This document shows, piece after piece, positions 10,325-22,574 of a stretch of DNA of 64,000 nt. The notes beneath the pieces are model-generated. The model searched no databases, had not been told where the DNA came from, and saw only the letters and a list, made by a program, of their open reading frames with translations. Numbering within the stretch: the first letter of the stretch is position 1; each line of letters opens with the position of its first letter. A program made the position numbers and the translations under genes. The DNA comes from Neophaeotheca triangularis (Eukaryota), in the NCBI GenBank assembly GCA_054600435.1, contig BAAIJX010000003.1, positions 1-64,000 on the forward strand. Reading direction: 5' to 3'.

Positions 10325-11185
10325 CTAATTGGACAGCGCCTCCGCACTCAAACCCTCCTCCCGCTCCCCCGGCGAGATCAACATCGCAACAATCACCACC
10401 ATCTTCACCGCCGCAGAAATCATGATAGCATCTGGCGACCCGATCGCCTTTCGAGTGTAAGCCCCAGCAAAGCTCCCCGCAACTAGCGTAGTCAAGAACA
10501 GTGCGCGCCGATTCCTCGGTCTATTATGCCGGGCGAAAAGGTCCTCGTCTATGAGGAAATCCACCCAAGCCGCCGTCGCCATGGCAGTAGTGATCTCAGG
10601 AATCTTGAATGCCCTCGCAGCAGCAACCTGGGACCCCGACGCAAAAGCAAGCAGCGCCAGTGCAGCGCGAGCCCAAGCCCCCGACTGATGCGTTCCATGA
10701 ACGTATTGGATCCAGGCGGAGCCGGCGACCATAAGCGTCTGCGCGAGTGCTATCGCGACCTGCCACGCTCGCCGCTGCTTTTGGACGAATGTTCCCAGAT
10801 GCCCGGTGAACATTGCTCCGGCGAGGAAGGCTCCGAGGCTTACGCCTGTATTTGTGGCGTCGAAGAGGGTTCCTGCCTGGCCTGCCAGGGCGACGGCGAG
10901 GACAACGGTGTTTCCGGTCTGATTCGAGGCGAAGCAGTGGAAGTCTGGGTAAGAGATTGCGTCTTGGATGCCGATTGCGAAGGTCAGGAGGAGGAGTTGG
11001 GCTTCGACGAAGGTGTTGACGTGGAGGTCGACGAGCCAGTAGTTTTTGAAGCCATTCCCGGAGGACGGTGGCTGGTGTTTTCTTGGGTTTAATGTCGCTG
11101 GTTCGCAGTCGGGTTGTTGTAGTTTGTTTTGTTGATAGTCTTGCGGAACCTGCTGATATTTTTCATGTTGTGTCTTGTTGCTCAT
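10325..11185 (-). CDS. DUF1275/YoaK-family membrane protein
   Basis: GIQDAISY..FHCFASNQTGNTV and EITTAMAT motifs with about 6 hydrophobic segments; ATG at 11185 (the ORF-track start is TTG). Confidence 0.85.
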   Translation of the reverse strand: MSNKTQHEKYQQVPQDYQQNKLQQPDCEPATLNPRKHQPPSSGNGFKNYWLVDLHVNTFVEAQLLLLTFAIGIQDAISYPDFHCFASNQTGNTVVLAVALAGQAGTLFDATNTGVSLGAFLAGAMFTGHLGTFVQKQRRAWQVAIALAQTLMVAGSAWIQYVHGTHQSGAWARAALALLAFASGSQVAAARAFKIPEITTAMATAAWVDFLIDEDLFARHNRPRNRRALFLTTLVAGSFAGAYTRKAIGSPDAIMISAAVKMVVIVAMLISPGEREEGLSAEALSN

Positions 11186-11340
11186 GTTCGCTGTCAAGCT
11201 CGATGGTGCAGGTATTCACCCAGCCTGGAAGCGAACGGTTCACATCGCGAGTATATTACTACCCATGCTCGGGACTGCAAAGTCTAACTTCATGCAAGAG
11301 ACGATCATCTTTGACGAGCACGGTACGCCATCTGAGATCC

Positions 11341-11392
11341 CCGTTTTGACGCCGTTTTTGTCGCCGTTCTTAATCGCCGTTTTTGATCGCCG
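11341..11392. promoter_or_regulatory. Tandem (T)CGCCG array in the DUF1275/YeeE bidirectional promoter
   Basis: ccg-ttttga-cgccg-tttttg-tcgccg-ttcttaa-tcgccg-tttttga-tcgccg; the core is the reverse complement of CGGCGA in the shared motif. Confidence 0.45.
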
Positions 11393-11679
11393 AACTCTGC
11401 CTCGAAGCAACCATGGCCCTAAGCGGGACAAGCGAGACTCCATCACCACCCGGGGGCTGCCTCACGCCGACATTTGTAACGCTGAGTGATATGGTGACTA
11501 GGCGATGTCTTAACAAGGGGTTCTGCCCTGCCATGTGTTGTATAAAGTCAAAGCATTGCCACGTATTGGAAGGACTGTATTCATCAACGTCAATCACATC
11601 CCACAACGCATCGGGAAGCACAGAACCAACCAACTAAGAACCCTTCTACAAATCAACAACCGAGATCTCTTACCACATC

Positions 11680-12751
11680 ATGTTGTCCGACTCAGCCGCG
11701 ACAGCGATCACAGGCGCAGCATTTGGTGCGTCCCTGGCAGCATCAGGCGTCTACCTGCCATCCGTTATCATCGATCAGTTTCATCTGACGGACTTCCACA
11801 TGTTCCATGTGTTTGCAACAGCCATGGGATCGAGTGCGTAAGTGTGACCGGACACCCAACATCGAAAAGATTACCTCCAGAAGTTGAATGAAGCTAACTT
11901 GCATCCTCCCTCACAGAATCGCAATGCTCTTTCTCGACAAACTCAACATCGTCCAACGACCAGTCAAATCGAACTCCACGCTCGGATGGTCGTCGTATGA
12001 CGCAAACATCGCGGGTGGTATTTTGGTCGGCGTAGGAATGGCGTTGTCGGGCGCATGTCCCGGCACAGTCCTCGTGCAACTCGCCCAGGGGATCCCTTCT
12101 GCAAACGCCACTGCTCTGGGTGCACTTCTCGGCGCCGGGATTTATGTCCAGACACAAAATCGGCTGAAGAACATGTTCCGACGACAGGGTGCTGCGGAAC
12201 CGTCCACTCGCAATTTGATCATAGCCGAGGCGTTGCGCATCCCGGAAGTAGTGTTGTACCCCTTGTTCGGACTGGCGATCATGGCAGTACTGCGCTTCAC
12301 TGGAGCCAAAATTGGAAACTCTCTCGTGGCGCCTATCATCGGCGGTCTGCTCATCGGATCAGCACAAGCACTGTCACTGGTACTCACATCCAGTCCCCTC
12401 GGCGTGTCATCAGTATACGAGCACTTGAGCAGGCATATAGTCCAAGTCCTCGCAGGGAAATTGGGGAAGTCTGCCCTACCGTCCAAACCCATCATTTTCT
12501 CCTTGGGAGTCATCGCGGGCAGCTTTGCCTTGCTGCAACAAAAGCCCGGCACAAGCCTCGCCGTGTCTGACGCGGGTATTCCGGCCTGGCAGGCGTTTGT
12601 CGGAGGTACCGTTTTGGCGTTTGGTGCAAGATTGGGCGGAGGCTGCACTTCTGGACATGGTCTGTCGGGGCTCAGCGCAATGTCGTTTTCGAGTCTGATT
12701 ACCGTGGCTTGTATGTTCGGCGCTGGAATCTTGACGCGGACGTTGATGTGA
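11680..12751 (+). CDS. YeeE/YedE-family sulfur-compound (thiosulfate-type) transporter; intron 11838-11916
   Basis: Exon 1 MLSDSAATAITGAAFGASLAASGVY... splices in frame (GTAAGT..CTAAC..CAG) to the ORF with GILVGVGMALSGACPGT and FGARLGGGCTSGHG, the conserved Cys motifs of YeeE. Confidence 0.9.
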
Positions 12752-13551
12752 GTGGAGATGTCATGGTGGTGCGTTTGATCCATTCAATACCCGTAAGCGA
12801 TGCTGTAAATGTTAGCGTACATGGTTCACCTCTGAAACATTACAACTTTGGACCGCGTGTGGCGAGTATGGCAATCGCACATTTGGCGTAAGCCATACCT
12901 GCTGGAAGCCGGACAAAGCGGACTAGACATCAATCGCCAGTGCGAAGAAATCCAGATGAGCGGTTTGTACACTGGCATCGTTGGTATCGGTGTTGTGAAT
13001 TGTGAATTGTATATTGTGTATGGGTTGTAAGTTGTAGGTATACACACAAACCAGTTGTATATCAGGTTGGTATTCGGACTTGGTTTACAAGTAAAGGCTC
13101 GTAAGCGCCCCAGCGAGGAGTACATCGGATCGCGTCTGCAAGACACGGTCGACCTGCCTCGTGCAGACTCTCGTGGGCAACGTCGCAAGACAGCGGCGCA
13201 ACGGGGCGCTCGAGATTGCCGGCTCTGAGGACTGCATCCTTCCAATAGACTTTGAATATGGTTAAGGCGCTCCCGGAACAGTTCTAGAGTTCACCCAGCA
13301 CGCGGCGATCTGCGTCAGAGCGACCGAGCGGTCTTCGGTGGACATGCAATCAATGTGTGCGCGTAGGACAAGTCAATCAACACTGTAGACGGGCACGTGA
13401 ACAGTGCATTGTCATCAGCTATGTATAAAAGGATGGTAGTGCTTCAAGCATACAAATATTCTATTAACCCCAATCCTCTTCTCCCTTCCCTACCCTCACG
13501 CAGATTGGTTACCTCACGCATCTACCTTGTCAATCTTTGAAGTCCACTGAC

Positions 13552-14087
13552 ATGACTTCACGTACACCGATCAACAAAGGACCGATCAAGATGCCGGTGC
13601 CCTTCCGTGGAGGAGATGATCTATCGCCATCTCATTTGCATTTGCCCGACCACGAGGGGCCACCCCTGCAGGAGGTGGTGTGTGAAATACGAGAACTCGT
13701 CGCTCGAAGTGTCACAAACGGTGATGCTTGCATCAAGTCGCTGAACGAATGCGGCACGGGAACTGCGAACTGGAACCGGCAGATACAGTATTCGAGCAAC
13801 ACGCGTCCGACCAGACGCTACAACAAGAGTTGATCCCCACAACGAAGAAGCTCGTCAATGCGCGGGTCGCCTTACAGCAGGAAACAGCTATCTGCAACGC
13901 TCTCCGACAAGCAGTCGCGACCGAAAGAGACAAGACAAATGAGATGGCTATCCAATTGAGGATATATATAGAGGCAAACTTGGGCTTCGTAAAACTTGTC
14001 TCGGAGTTGAGCCAGGCGCTATGCAATCTCACCGCCCCCATCACAGTCGCAAGCAGAGGATCTAACACTTTAGATAGCACGTTCTAA
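13552..14087 (+). pseudogene. Possible frameshifted coiled-coil protein gene at the island edge
   Basis: TATAAAA at 13424; two overlapping ORFs (13552-13833 and 13728-14087), the second heptad-like; no obvious intron joins them. Confidence 0.3.
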
Positions 14088-15025
14088 GGAACTACTAGTT
14101 CTTCGCACTAGAAATGGTGGTATCTAGATAACACGGCGCATAGGAAACGGTGGGTTAAGGCTATTCTACTATGTCTCGACATCCTTAATAAGGTAATATG
14201 TCTCTCGTTTACCCTCTAGCTATAAGAGGTCGCTCTACTTCTAGAGGTTAATGAATTACTAGTAGTAAAGGTCTGACCTACTAATAAAGTAGACAATATT
14301 GTGAAGCTTACTAATTAGTCCCTTCTTATACTAGGTAAGGAGCTCTACTTTAGTAGTACTTTAATAGTTATTAACCTTCATCTTTAAAGGTATCTAGATC
14401 TAAGCTAAACATTATAGACTAATGATAAGGTTAAGAATATAGCTACTACAATAGATCTATTACTTATACTAGTTAAAAAAATGCTCTTTACTAAGTTGCT
14501 CTAGATAGGTCTAGTTATTAGATGTATTATTAGTTATAATATTACTAAGTTTAGTACTATAGAGGTTAAATTTAGCGAGGACCTCGCTAATAGTGTCTAT
14601 AATATTCACGCTAGTATAAGAGCCCTTCTACTATAGTATAGTAAGTAAGATAGTTATAGGCTTACTAGAGTTATTAGTAAAGTACATAATAACGTTAAGG
14701 AGTAAGAGCTTATTATTAGAGGTCTAGAGGTTAAAGGAGATATTGATTTTAGTAATAGAGCTACATAACTACTTAGTGACTTTACTAAGTACTTTGTTAT
14801 AGATCTTACCTATTATAGTATTAATAGTTTAGTGACTAAGTATAATAGGTCTAATATATAGATTAAGGTATAGAGTATATATTAGAGCCTTTATGATTCG
14901 AGTTTATTAAAGGAGATATTATTAGTAATAATCTAGTCATATAATAATGTCTCGAATATTAGTAGATTAAAGGTAATAGTAGCTATATTATAAGTCTCTA
15001 TAACTATATCTATACTATTATAGAG

Positions 15026-15248
15026 TGTAAGACCGAGACTATAACTCGGTTAGGATCACGGTATAGCGAGGGCGGAACGTAATAATAGTAATAATAGTAA
15101 TAGTCCTTTAATATAGAAACTATTCGATAGTAGACAGGAGACTTCACTATTAGCTATCTCATATACTTTTATAGTATATATGCTTAGTACTCCTAAGCTA
15201 CTCTATAGCTTAGGCCGCTAATATCTTACTAGCGCTATGGTCATAACA
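15026..15248 (-). repeat. 3' LTR of the Gypsy element
   Basis: TGTAAGACCG...CATAACA; matches 22575-22797. Confidence 0.92.
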
Positions 15249-15965
15249 ATTGCCTCCCTCTCTAGTAGCTCGTCCTCGAGCTAGTACTCGTAAACATAGT
15301 TATGTAGGACCCTAGTATAGTACGTATGTTAGTATCCTCATTAAAAACCTTAGTAGTGTTTTCACTAAGGAAAAGAGTGATACTATATACTACTATTACA
15401 CTATTAGGTCCCTAGAGTGAATTTACCCTAAACCTAAGTTCGCTATAGCGAAGTGCGTTATCATCGCGATAAGCAGTATTAACGGCTATGTGGCGGTGAT
15501 CTAGTAGGGCGGTAATTACTAGTAGAGCCTTAGCGTGATTATGCTATAATTATATAGAGATGACCTACTAGCTACTTCTCTTTCGAAGACTTCCTCCTTT
15601 TAACCATAATAATAATAACAGTCTCTACTCCGTCGTAGTCCCTTTAGCGTACTAGTCTGCCTTTTAACAAGATAACCTTCTTTATTAGTAAGTAAACTTT
15701 AGTTCTTTATGTACGTACTACTATTAGTCTATATATAGTTCCTATTATTCTTTGACAATAAAACTAACCTTACCTAGTTTCCTATTATTACCTACTTCTA
15801 GTAACCTTTCGAAAACCTTACCTAGCGCGGTTTAATAAAAAGGCGCTCCTTATACCTCTAATACCTTCTTTCCTTCTTTATCGACCACTTTTTTTCGCGA
15901 TCTCGCTATCGCCCTTTTTTCGCTAGCTTTATTCACTACCTTCATTACTCTACTACTATTCTATC

Positions 15966-17312
15966 ATGTCTCTATATGTTAGTAAGTGTCTAAAGGCGCT
16001 AGTCGACTATAGTATTAGCGCTATAGCCGTTAATAGTAAGGGTGCCTTTACTATAGATAGAGCGATTATCGCTAAGGGAGTCTTTATAACTAAGGGCTAC
16101 TATCGGATCGATACTAGTAGTTTTATAGAGGAGGAGTTAAAGGATCTAGTTAACGAGTCAAAGTCTATTAAGAAGGATTTGAAGTTAGAGGGTATCGGTA
16201 CAAAGCGCGCTATAGCTATTAAGGGCGCGGGCTCGAAACGTAAGCATGCTATAGGTAATAATAGTAAGGAGAGTAAGTCTAATAAGGGCGCGCTAGCGTT
16301 CCGTCGCTTCGCTAACATTAATAAGGGTAAGGAGCTTACTCTTATCGATGTTAATCGCCCTCGTTATTCGCGCTACATTAAGGAGCTCTTAAGTAACATT
16401 CTCGAGGGGTCTATCGACTTTATCCCGCTATGTAAGATAGTGCCTTCTATGACTAGATCAGTATACAACACTTATTCTAACATGAAGTAATCATGCCTCG
16501 AGGTAAGCCTACTATAGCTCTATTATCATTACGAGTTTTCACTAATGTCTCTTTAGATCATTCCTAACCTCATGAGCTAGCGTAGTTACTATGTCTAGAT
16601 AAATCATGCCGCTATACTCTATTACGCTAATCGCGCTAGTAGTAGCGCTACTAGTTCGCTAATATACCTTAAGGTCTTAGAAGTTAACACTAAGGTCTCC
16701 TAGTACTTCTATAAGAACAACTACGCCGTTATTCTAATAGGGGGCCTTTATCGTTCTAGTCCTAATAACGATAAGATCTTAACTCTACACAACATAGTAT
16801 GCCTAATCATAGATTAAACTCGCGACTTCGCCATGATCGTTACCGATACTATCGAGAGGCTTATTACTATCTACTACGTAGAAATGTCTATACTTATTAG
16901 CGAGATGTCTAGCCGCTATCACGCCGCGCCTTCTTCTTTACCGATATGCGATATACCTAGTCTTAGTAAGTCGCCGCCTTACGATAAGACTATTAGTACG
17001 CTAGCGCTAGTAGTAGCTCCTAAGGTACTAGTAGTAGGGACTAAGGGTCTAGTTTAGAAGAGTAGTAGGGACGATGCTAGTATGCCGCTAGAGGTGTCTT
17101 CTAGTAGAAGTTCTTCTTCTTCGCTAGAGTCGGATAATAAGGAGGATAAGGCTCCGAAGAAGCCTTCTAGTCTCTTAGGCTTCCTTAGGATTCGCCGTAG
17201 GGACGACGTCGCTCTATTAGTAAGAGAGAATGTAGAGGAGTCTATTAGTACTAAAGATTAGCTAGAGGCTAATATTACTAAGGTTTCGAAGGAGTTAGAT
17301 ACTAGGGCTTAA
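15966..17312 (+). pseudogene. RIP-mutated antisense gene inside the Gypsy element; intron 16503-16556; Zn-cluster-like Cys motif
   Basis: ORF 15966 plus a GTAAGC..CTAAT..TAG intron continues in frame into ORF 16833 with only TAA/TAG stops. YxxY-x18-C-x10-YxxY-x6-C reverts to a six-Cys motif under G>A RIP. Confidence 0.65.
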
Positions 17313-20300
17313 GCGTTTATTAGATCATTTATGTACTCTCTATAAGCGCCGTTATCCTATCGCTAGCCTATCTATAGTAGCTATTAATTAAGAAGCTTAT
17401 GTACTATGTCCTTTTCCTATAGTTTTCTTCTTTTTCCCTAGCTATATATTCTCGACATTCTTTTTCTTTAGGCTTTATGTTTTCTTTCTATGCTTCTTTT
17501 TCGCGCTACTATAGGTCTACTAGTGTTACTTAAAGTCTATAATCGCTTCTTTTATGTTATTTAGATACTTCTCTTTCTCCTAGGTTCCCTCTTCTATTAG
17601 CTAATCTTTCTAAAGAACATAGTATGTCTTATTACTATTATCGTTAAGACCGGATGCCGTTATTTCGTCGACGACCTATTTATCGCCTCTATTGACTTCT
17701 CGCTCTACTAGTAGTATAAAGTCAGTATGTTAGTAGTATAGTTCGAGGAGAGAGACATGGAAGATGTTATAGATCTTTCTAAGGTATAGAGGTAGGGCTA
17801 ATTAGTATACTTGTTTTCAGACCCTTATTATGATTTAGAAGGGCCCTATATAACGCGAGGAGTACTTTTTTGTTAGTCTTAATGTTTTCAGGTTTTTCGC
17901 GGAAATAAGAACCTTATCGTCGATACTAAATACTATAAGATCGTGTTTTCAGTTATAGTATTCCGCCTACTTACTAATAGTATACCGAATGTTGTCCTCG
18001 ACGACTTCGCGAATTGCTTTCTAGTTTTTAGTTCTTTCTTAGAGGTTAGGGATTGTCAGTTCGCTACCTCCCTCTCTAACGATGTTATCCATAATACTAC
18101 TAGGCCGTTAGGGCTCTACCCTATAGATAGTAAAGAATAGCGACACTTTAGTCAATACGCTTATACTATTATTATAGGTAAATTCGGCCTATATAAGGTA
18201 ATAAGGCTAATCTGTCTATATAAAGTTAACAAAACATCATAGATACTATTCTATTATTTAGTTTTGCCTCTCTATCTACCTATCGGACTAAGAGTAGTAT
18301 GCTGTCGATAACTTATGCTTAGTTTTCTAATACTAAAGGAGCTCTATCTAAAATATAGAAGTGAATATACTACCTCTATTAGTTACAATCGAATTTAGCT
18401 TACCGAACTTAGTAAGAATTTCGTGCTCGAAAATATTAGCTAGTTAGTAGGCCCCTATCGCTTCATTAATAGGGATATACCTCGCGAACTTTAAGAAGCG
18501 GTTAATAATAACTAATATAGAATCGACTATTTCGCCCTTATATGTCTCTACGATAGGCAACTTAACTACTATGTCTATAGACTAATGCTTAAAGATCTCA
18601 TTAGTACCTAGAACTCTTAGCGATTATAATATGCTATAGGGCTAGTAGTAGCGCGACTTATGTCTTTAGTAGGTATTACACCTAAGGACATACTCTTCGA
18701 CATCCTTAGTCTACTTAGACTACCAAAACTCCTTATAGAAGATAGCTTTAGTCTTCCCTACTCCTAGGTGTCCTACTAATAGGTCCTCGTAGTAGTAGCT
18801 TAGTATAGTAGCCTATAGGCTTTCTACTAGTAGTACATACACCTTTCTATTAATCTTAAGAAGTCCTATAAAACTAACCGACTACATAGGCGTAGCGCTA
18901 TTAGTATCTCTATAGTACTATCCCTCGTCGATCTCTTTACGAATACGTTTAGTAAAGGGGTCTCCCTACTATATACATAACATATCCGCTCTAAGGTCAA
19001 TTCGGTCTACTACTATGTTAGGCTCTCTAATGTCTAGCTCGGTAATAGTAAGTATACCTAGCTACTTACCTATAGGGTCATAATAGGTTAGCGCTACTAT
19101 AGCGATAGAGCTAGTCAGGTTTAGTTCACCTCCCCCTTAGAGCGTTCGCTTAGTGTATACGGTATTATTACTCTAAAGCTTATTGTTTAGAGGACTAGTG
19201 TCTCTAGTAGCTATCGTGTAGCCTACTAGCGAGGTAGCTAATGCCTAGTAGTTTACTAGCGTAGCATACCCTAGCGACATAGATAGGATCTCTACTCTAT
19301 CTTTAGTAGCTATCGTGTAGCTACTCGCTAGAACTTTAGCGGCCTTATAGAGGCCTACTAGGGGAGCGAAAAGCCTAGTTAATGTAGGTAGTATTTCCGC
19401 CCTACTTAGTTCTCTATTAGCCTCTATGTTAGGACGGCGCGAGAGCCTATCTACTCTAGGGTTTAATTTACCTTTATAGTATATGATCTTGATGTCGTAT
19501 TACGATAGCTCTTCTACGGTATATGCTTAGTAGCCTAACAATTTCTTTATTAATAGGAAGTATTTCAGATTATTATGATCTATAAGTACCTAAACTTTAC
19601 TCTTAGCTAACAATATGTAGTGCTACTATTAGCGTATCGCCTCGACAATAGCGAGTAGTTCCTAATCATGTACTAGATATCGTAACTCTAGCCCTTTAAG
19701 CTTCTTAGAGTAGTATACGACCGGATGCTATAGCGTGTCTAAGTACTTCTATATAAGTATACCTCCTAATATGTATTCTAATATATCGGTCTTAAGGTAG
19801 GTCTCTAGTATAGTATTAAAGTGCTGTAGTACTAGTGCTAAAATGAAGCTATACTTTAACCTTTTAAAGGATTTTTAGGCATCTTTACCTAGTAGCTACT
19901 ATTTACTACTACTACACTATAGGTAGTCCATAAGGGGAGTAGTAATCTTTATATATCCCTCGATAAAGCAATAATAGAAATTCGCGAATCCTAGGAATAC
20001 TTAGAGTTCTTTTAAGGACTTTAGTATTAGCTAATCTTAGACTATAGCTACCTATAGGGGCTCTATCGCTACTCTAGTAGAGTTAATGACGAAACTAAGG
20101 AATCTAATCTCTTAGACTATGAACTCGCATTTCTCGAGACTAGTATACAGCTTAGTATTAGCGAGCTAATAGTAGACTGCTCAAATGTGTTCATAGTATT
20201 CTACTTCGGTATAGGAATAGATAAGAACGTCATCTATATATACTATGTAGTAGTGGTTAACTAGCTCTATAAGTACCTTATTAATAAAGGCCTAAAACGA

Positions 20301-22574
20301 CGCTAGTACATTAGCGAGTCTAAAAGGCATGACCTTATATTAGAAATAGCTATACTAATAGTAGAACGCTATCTTCTACTTATCGCCCTAGGCGATACGT
20401 AAATAGTAGTATGCTTTAACTAAGTCGATTTTTGAAAACCATGTTAATCTGTAGACTCTATCTAAGAGTTCACTAATAAGTAGTAAAGGATACTTGTTCT
20501 TAATAGTGATTTCGTTTAAGCCTTAGTAATCGACGTATATACGGAGTTTACCGTTTTTCTTCTTAACAAATAGTAATAGTACGCTAGTAGGGCTAGTACT
20601 AGGCTTAATACAGTCTGTCGCGAGCAGGTTATTAATCTATAACTACATTTCCTCGAGCTCTAGCTCGGAACATGGGTAGATTAGTCTACTAGGAGGATTC
20701 TTCCTCTCGACTAGTTCGACATAGTAGTCATAAAGCGTATATAGAGGTAACTCTTTTGCCTTCTCCGATTCAAACACCTCAGTATACTCTACTAACCACT
20801 TAGGTACCTATAGCTCTACTAGGGTCCTATATAGGTCTTCTATACTAATAGCGAGGATAGATGCTTTACTATTAATATCTCGGGCTAGTTCTTTAGCCTC
20901 GATGATTTCGACTTCTTCTTTATTATATATACTACTATAGCGCTACTATACTAGTAGCGACGCGAAATTAAGCTATGCTTTTATGGATCGGATCTAAGGC
21001 ATTCTAAGAATCATTTCGTAATCCTTCTAATTCACTACCTCGAACATTTGTAGAATAATCTGAACTATATTGTCTAAATTAGCAACTTTAGTATAGAGTC
21101 GACATTAGCCCACTATTAGGGCTTCGACATCACTAAAGGCTCGTAGCCTACGAATCCGGTCACCCTTTATTAGTAGGTTATACTAGACCGCGATGTCTTC
21201 TAAGATAACATTATAATACGCTCCTATGTCGATAAGCCTATAGGCCTTAAAGCGTAGCCTATTGCGGGTTTAATCACATATCTTTATGATAGCCTATAGG
21301 CGCTCTATTAACGTACTGTCTACTTACTACCCTAAGCCTTTAAGGCTAACAATTAAATGACCTAGGGCTAAGCTTTTCCCTTTTAGCAATTTTCTTACTA
21401 GTAGCCTTTATTACTATACTTGAAACAAAGGTTTTCTTCGAGGGCTTTATTATTTCGTTCGCTACTATTAGTTAGACCTATACAGTTCACACTAGTCGCT
21501 AGTGTCCTATCGATATGCTAGTAGCGTGGTTTAGAGTTATTATCGCTTATACTCTAGTTTTGTTCTCTTTTCTTATAGCTAGAACCTCTTAAGTCGGTCT
21601 TATATAGCTTATCTACTATCTTATCTCTAGTATCCTAGCTACTATAGCTAGTATTGTCGAGGCGCGTATAAAGCGCGATGAGGTCATACTAGTTGTCTAG
21701 TACTATTAGCTAGGCATTTAGCTTAGCCTTAAGGTTTTCCTATAGACTAGTCTTAATAAGGGTAAGGAGTATATACTCTAGTAGCGGGGCGACGTCGGCC
21801 TTATAGAGGGAGTCTTCAACATACGAGAGGTAGTCATAGATAGATTAGGTTAGTCCCTAAACATGTCTAAAACCTCGGAATACTATATTCATGATACGGT
21901 TTTTAGGGTCGAGGATCTGATCTAGTAGCTATTCTTTAAACATAGGCTATTTTATCTCTTCGCATTCGAGTCGTAACTCTTTACTCTCCTAGTTCTAGCC
22001 GATATGGCTATATAGGCAGCCCATAGCATACTAGACACACTCGTACTAATTAAAGTAAACATAAGGGTATGTCTTAAACACACGCTCGTATTACTAGATA
22101 AATGTCTATGCTTTTAGGAGGTTAGGGTAACTCCTATAAACCGCTAGTTCGGCTAAATGAAAAGCTTTCTTGATATTAATGTGAGACTTTCGCTCCTTTA
22201 TCGTTATACTAGTAGGTAGATCTTCGTCTACTATCTACTTACATACTACTAGGGTAGGGGTAATGTCTACTAGGTCCTCTAGTTCGATATGTCCTCTTTT
22301 AGACTCATTATAGGGGACTATCGCTCTATTAGCGGCTCGCTAAATAGACGCTATACACTCTACTAATTGTTGTCGGAGTTCTATAATAGTAGTAGTAAGG
22401 ACCGTGTATTAGTCTATAGCTGCCTCTTCTTATTCTTATAGGGTATTAACTCTAGTAGTAGTGTTAGGGGAGTCCGCTAGGTTAGCGTCGTCGACCTATA
22501 GGTATAGCGAGCGCGATAGTGCTATGATGTCCGAGCGAATCTTAACCTAAGAAGGTTCTAAGATCGAATAGAAT

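Noticed and set aside
12826..13245. Minus-strand ORF after the YeeE gene
   Set aside because: Non-ATG start and no recognisable motif; no supportable gene model.
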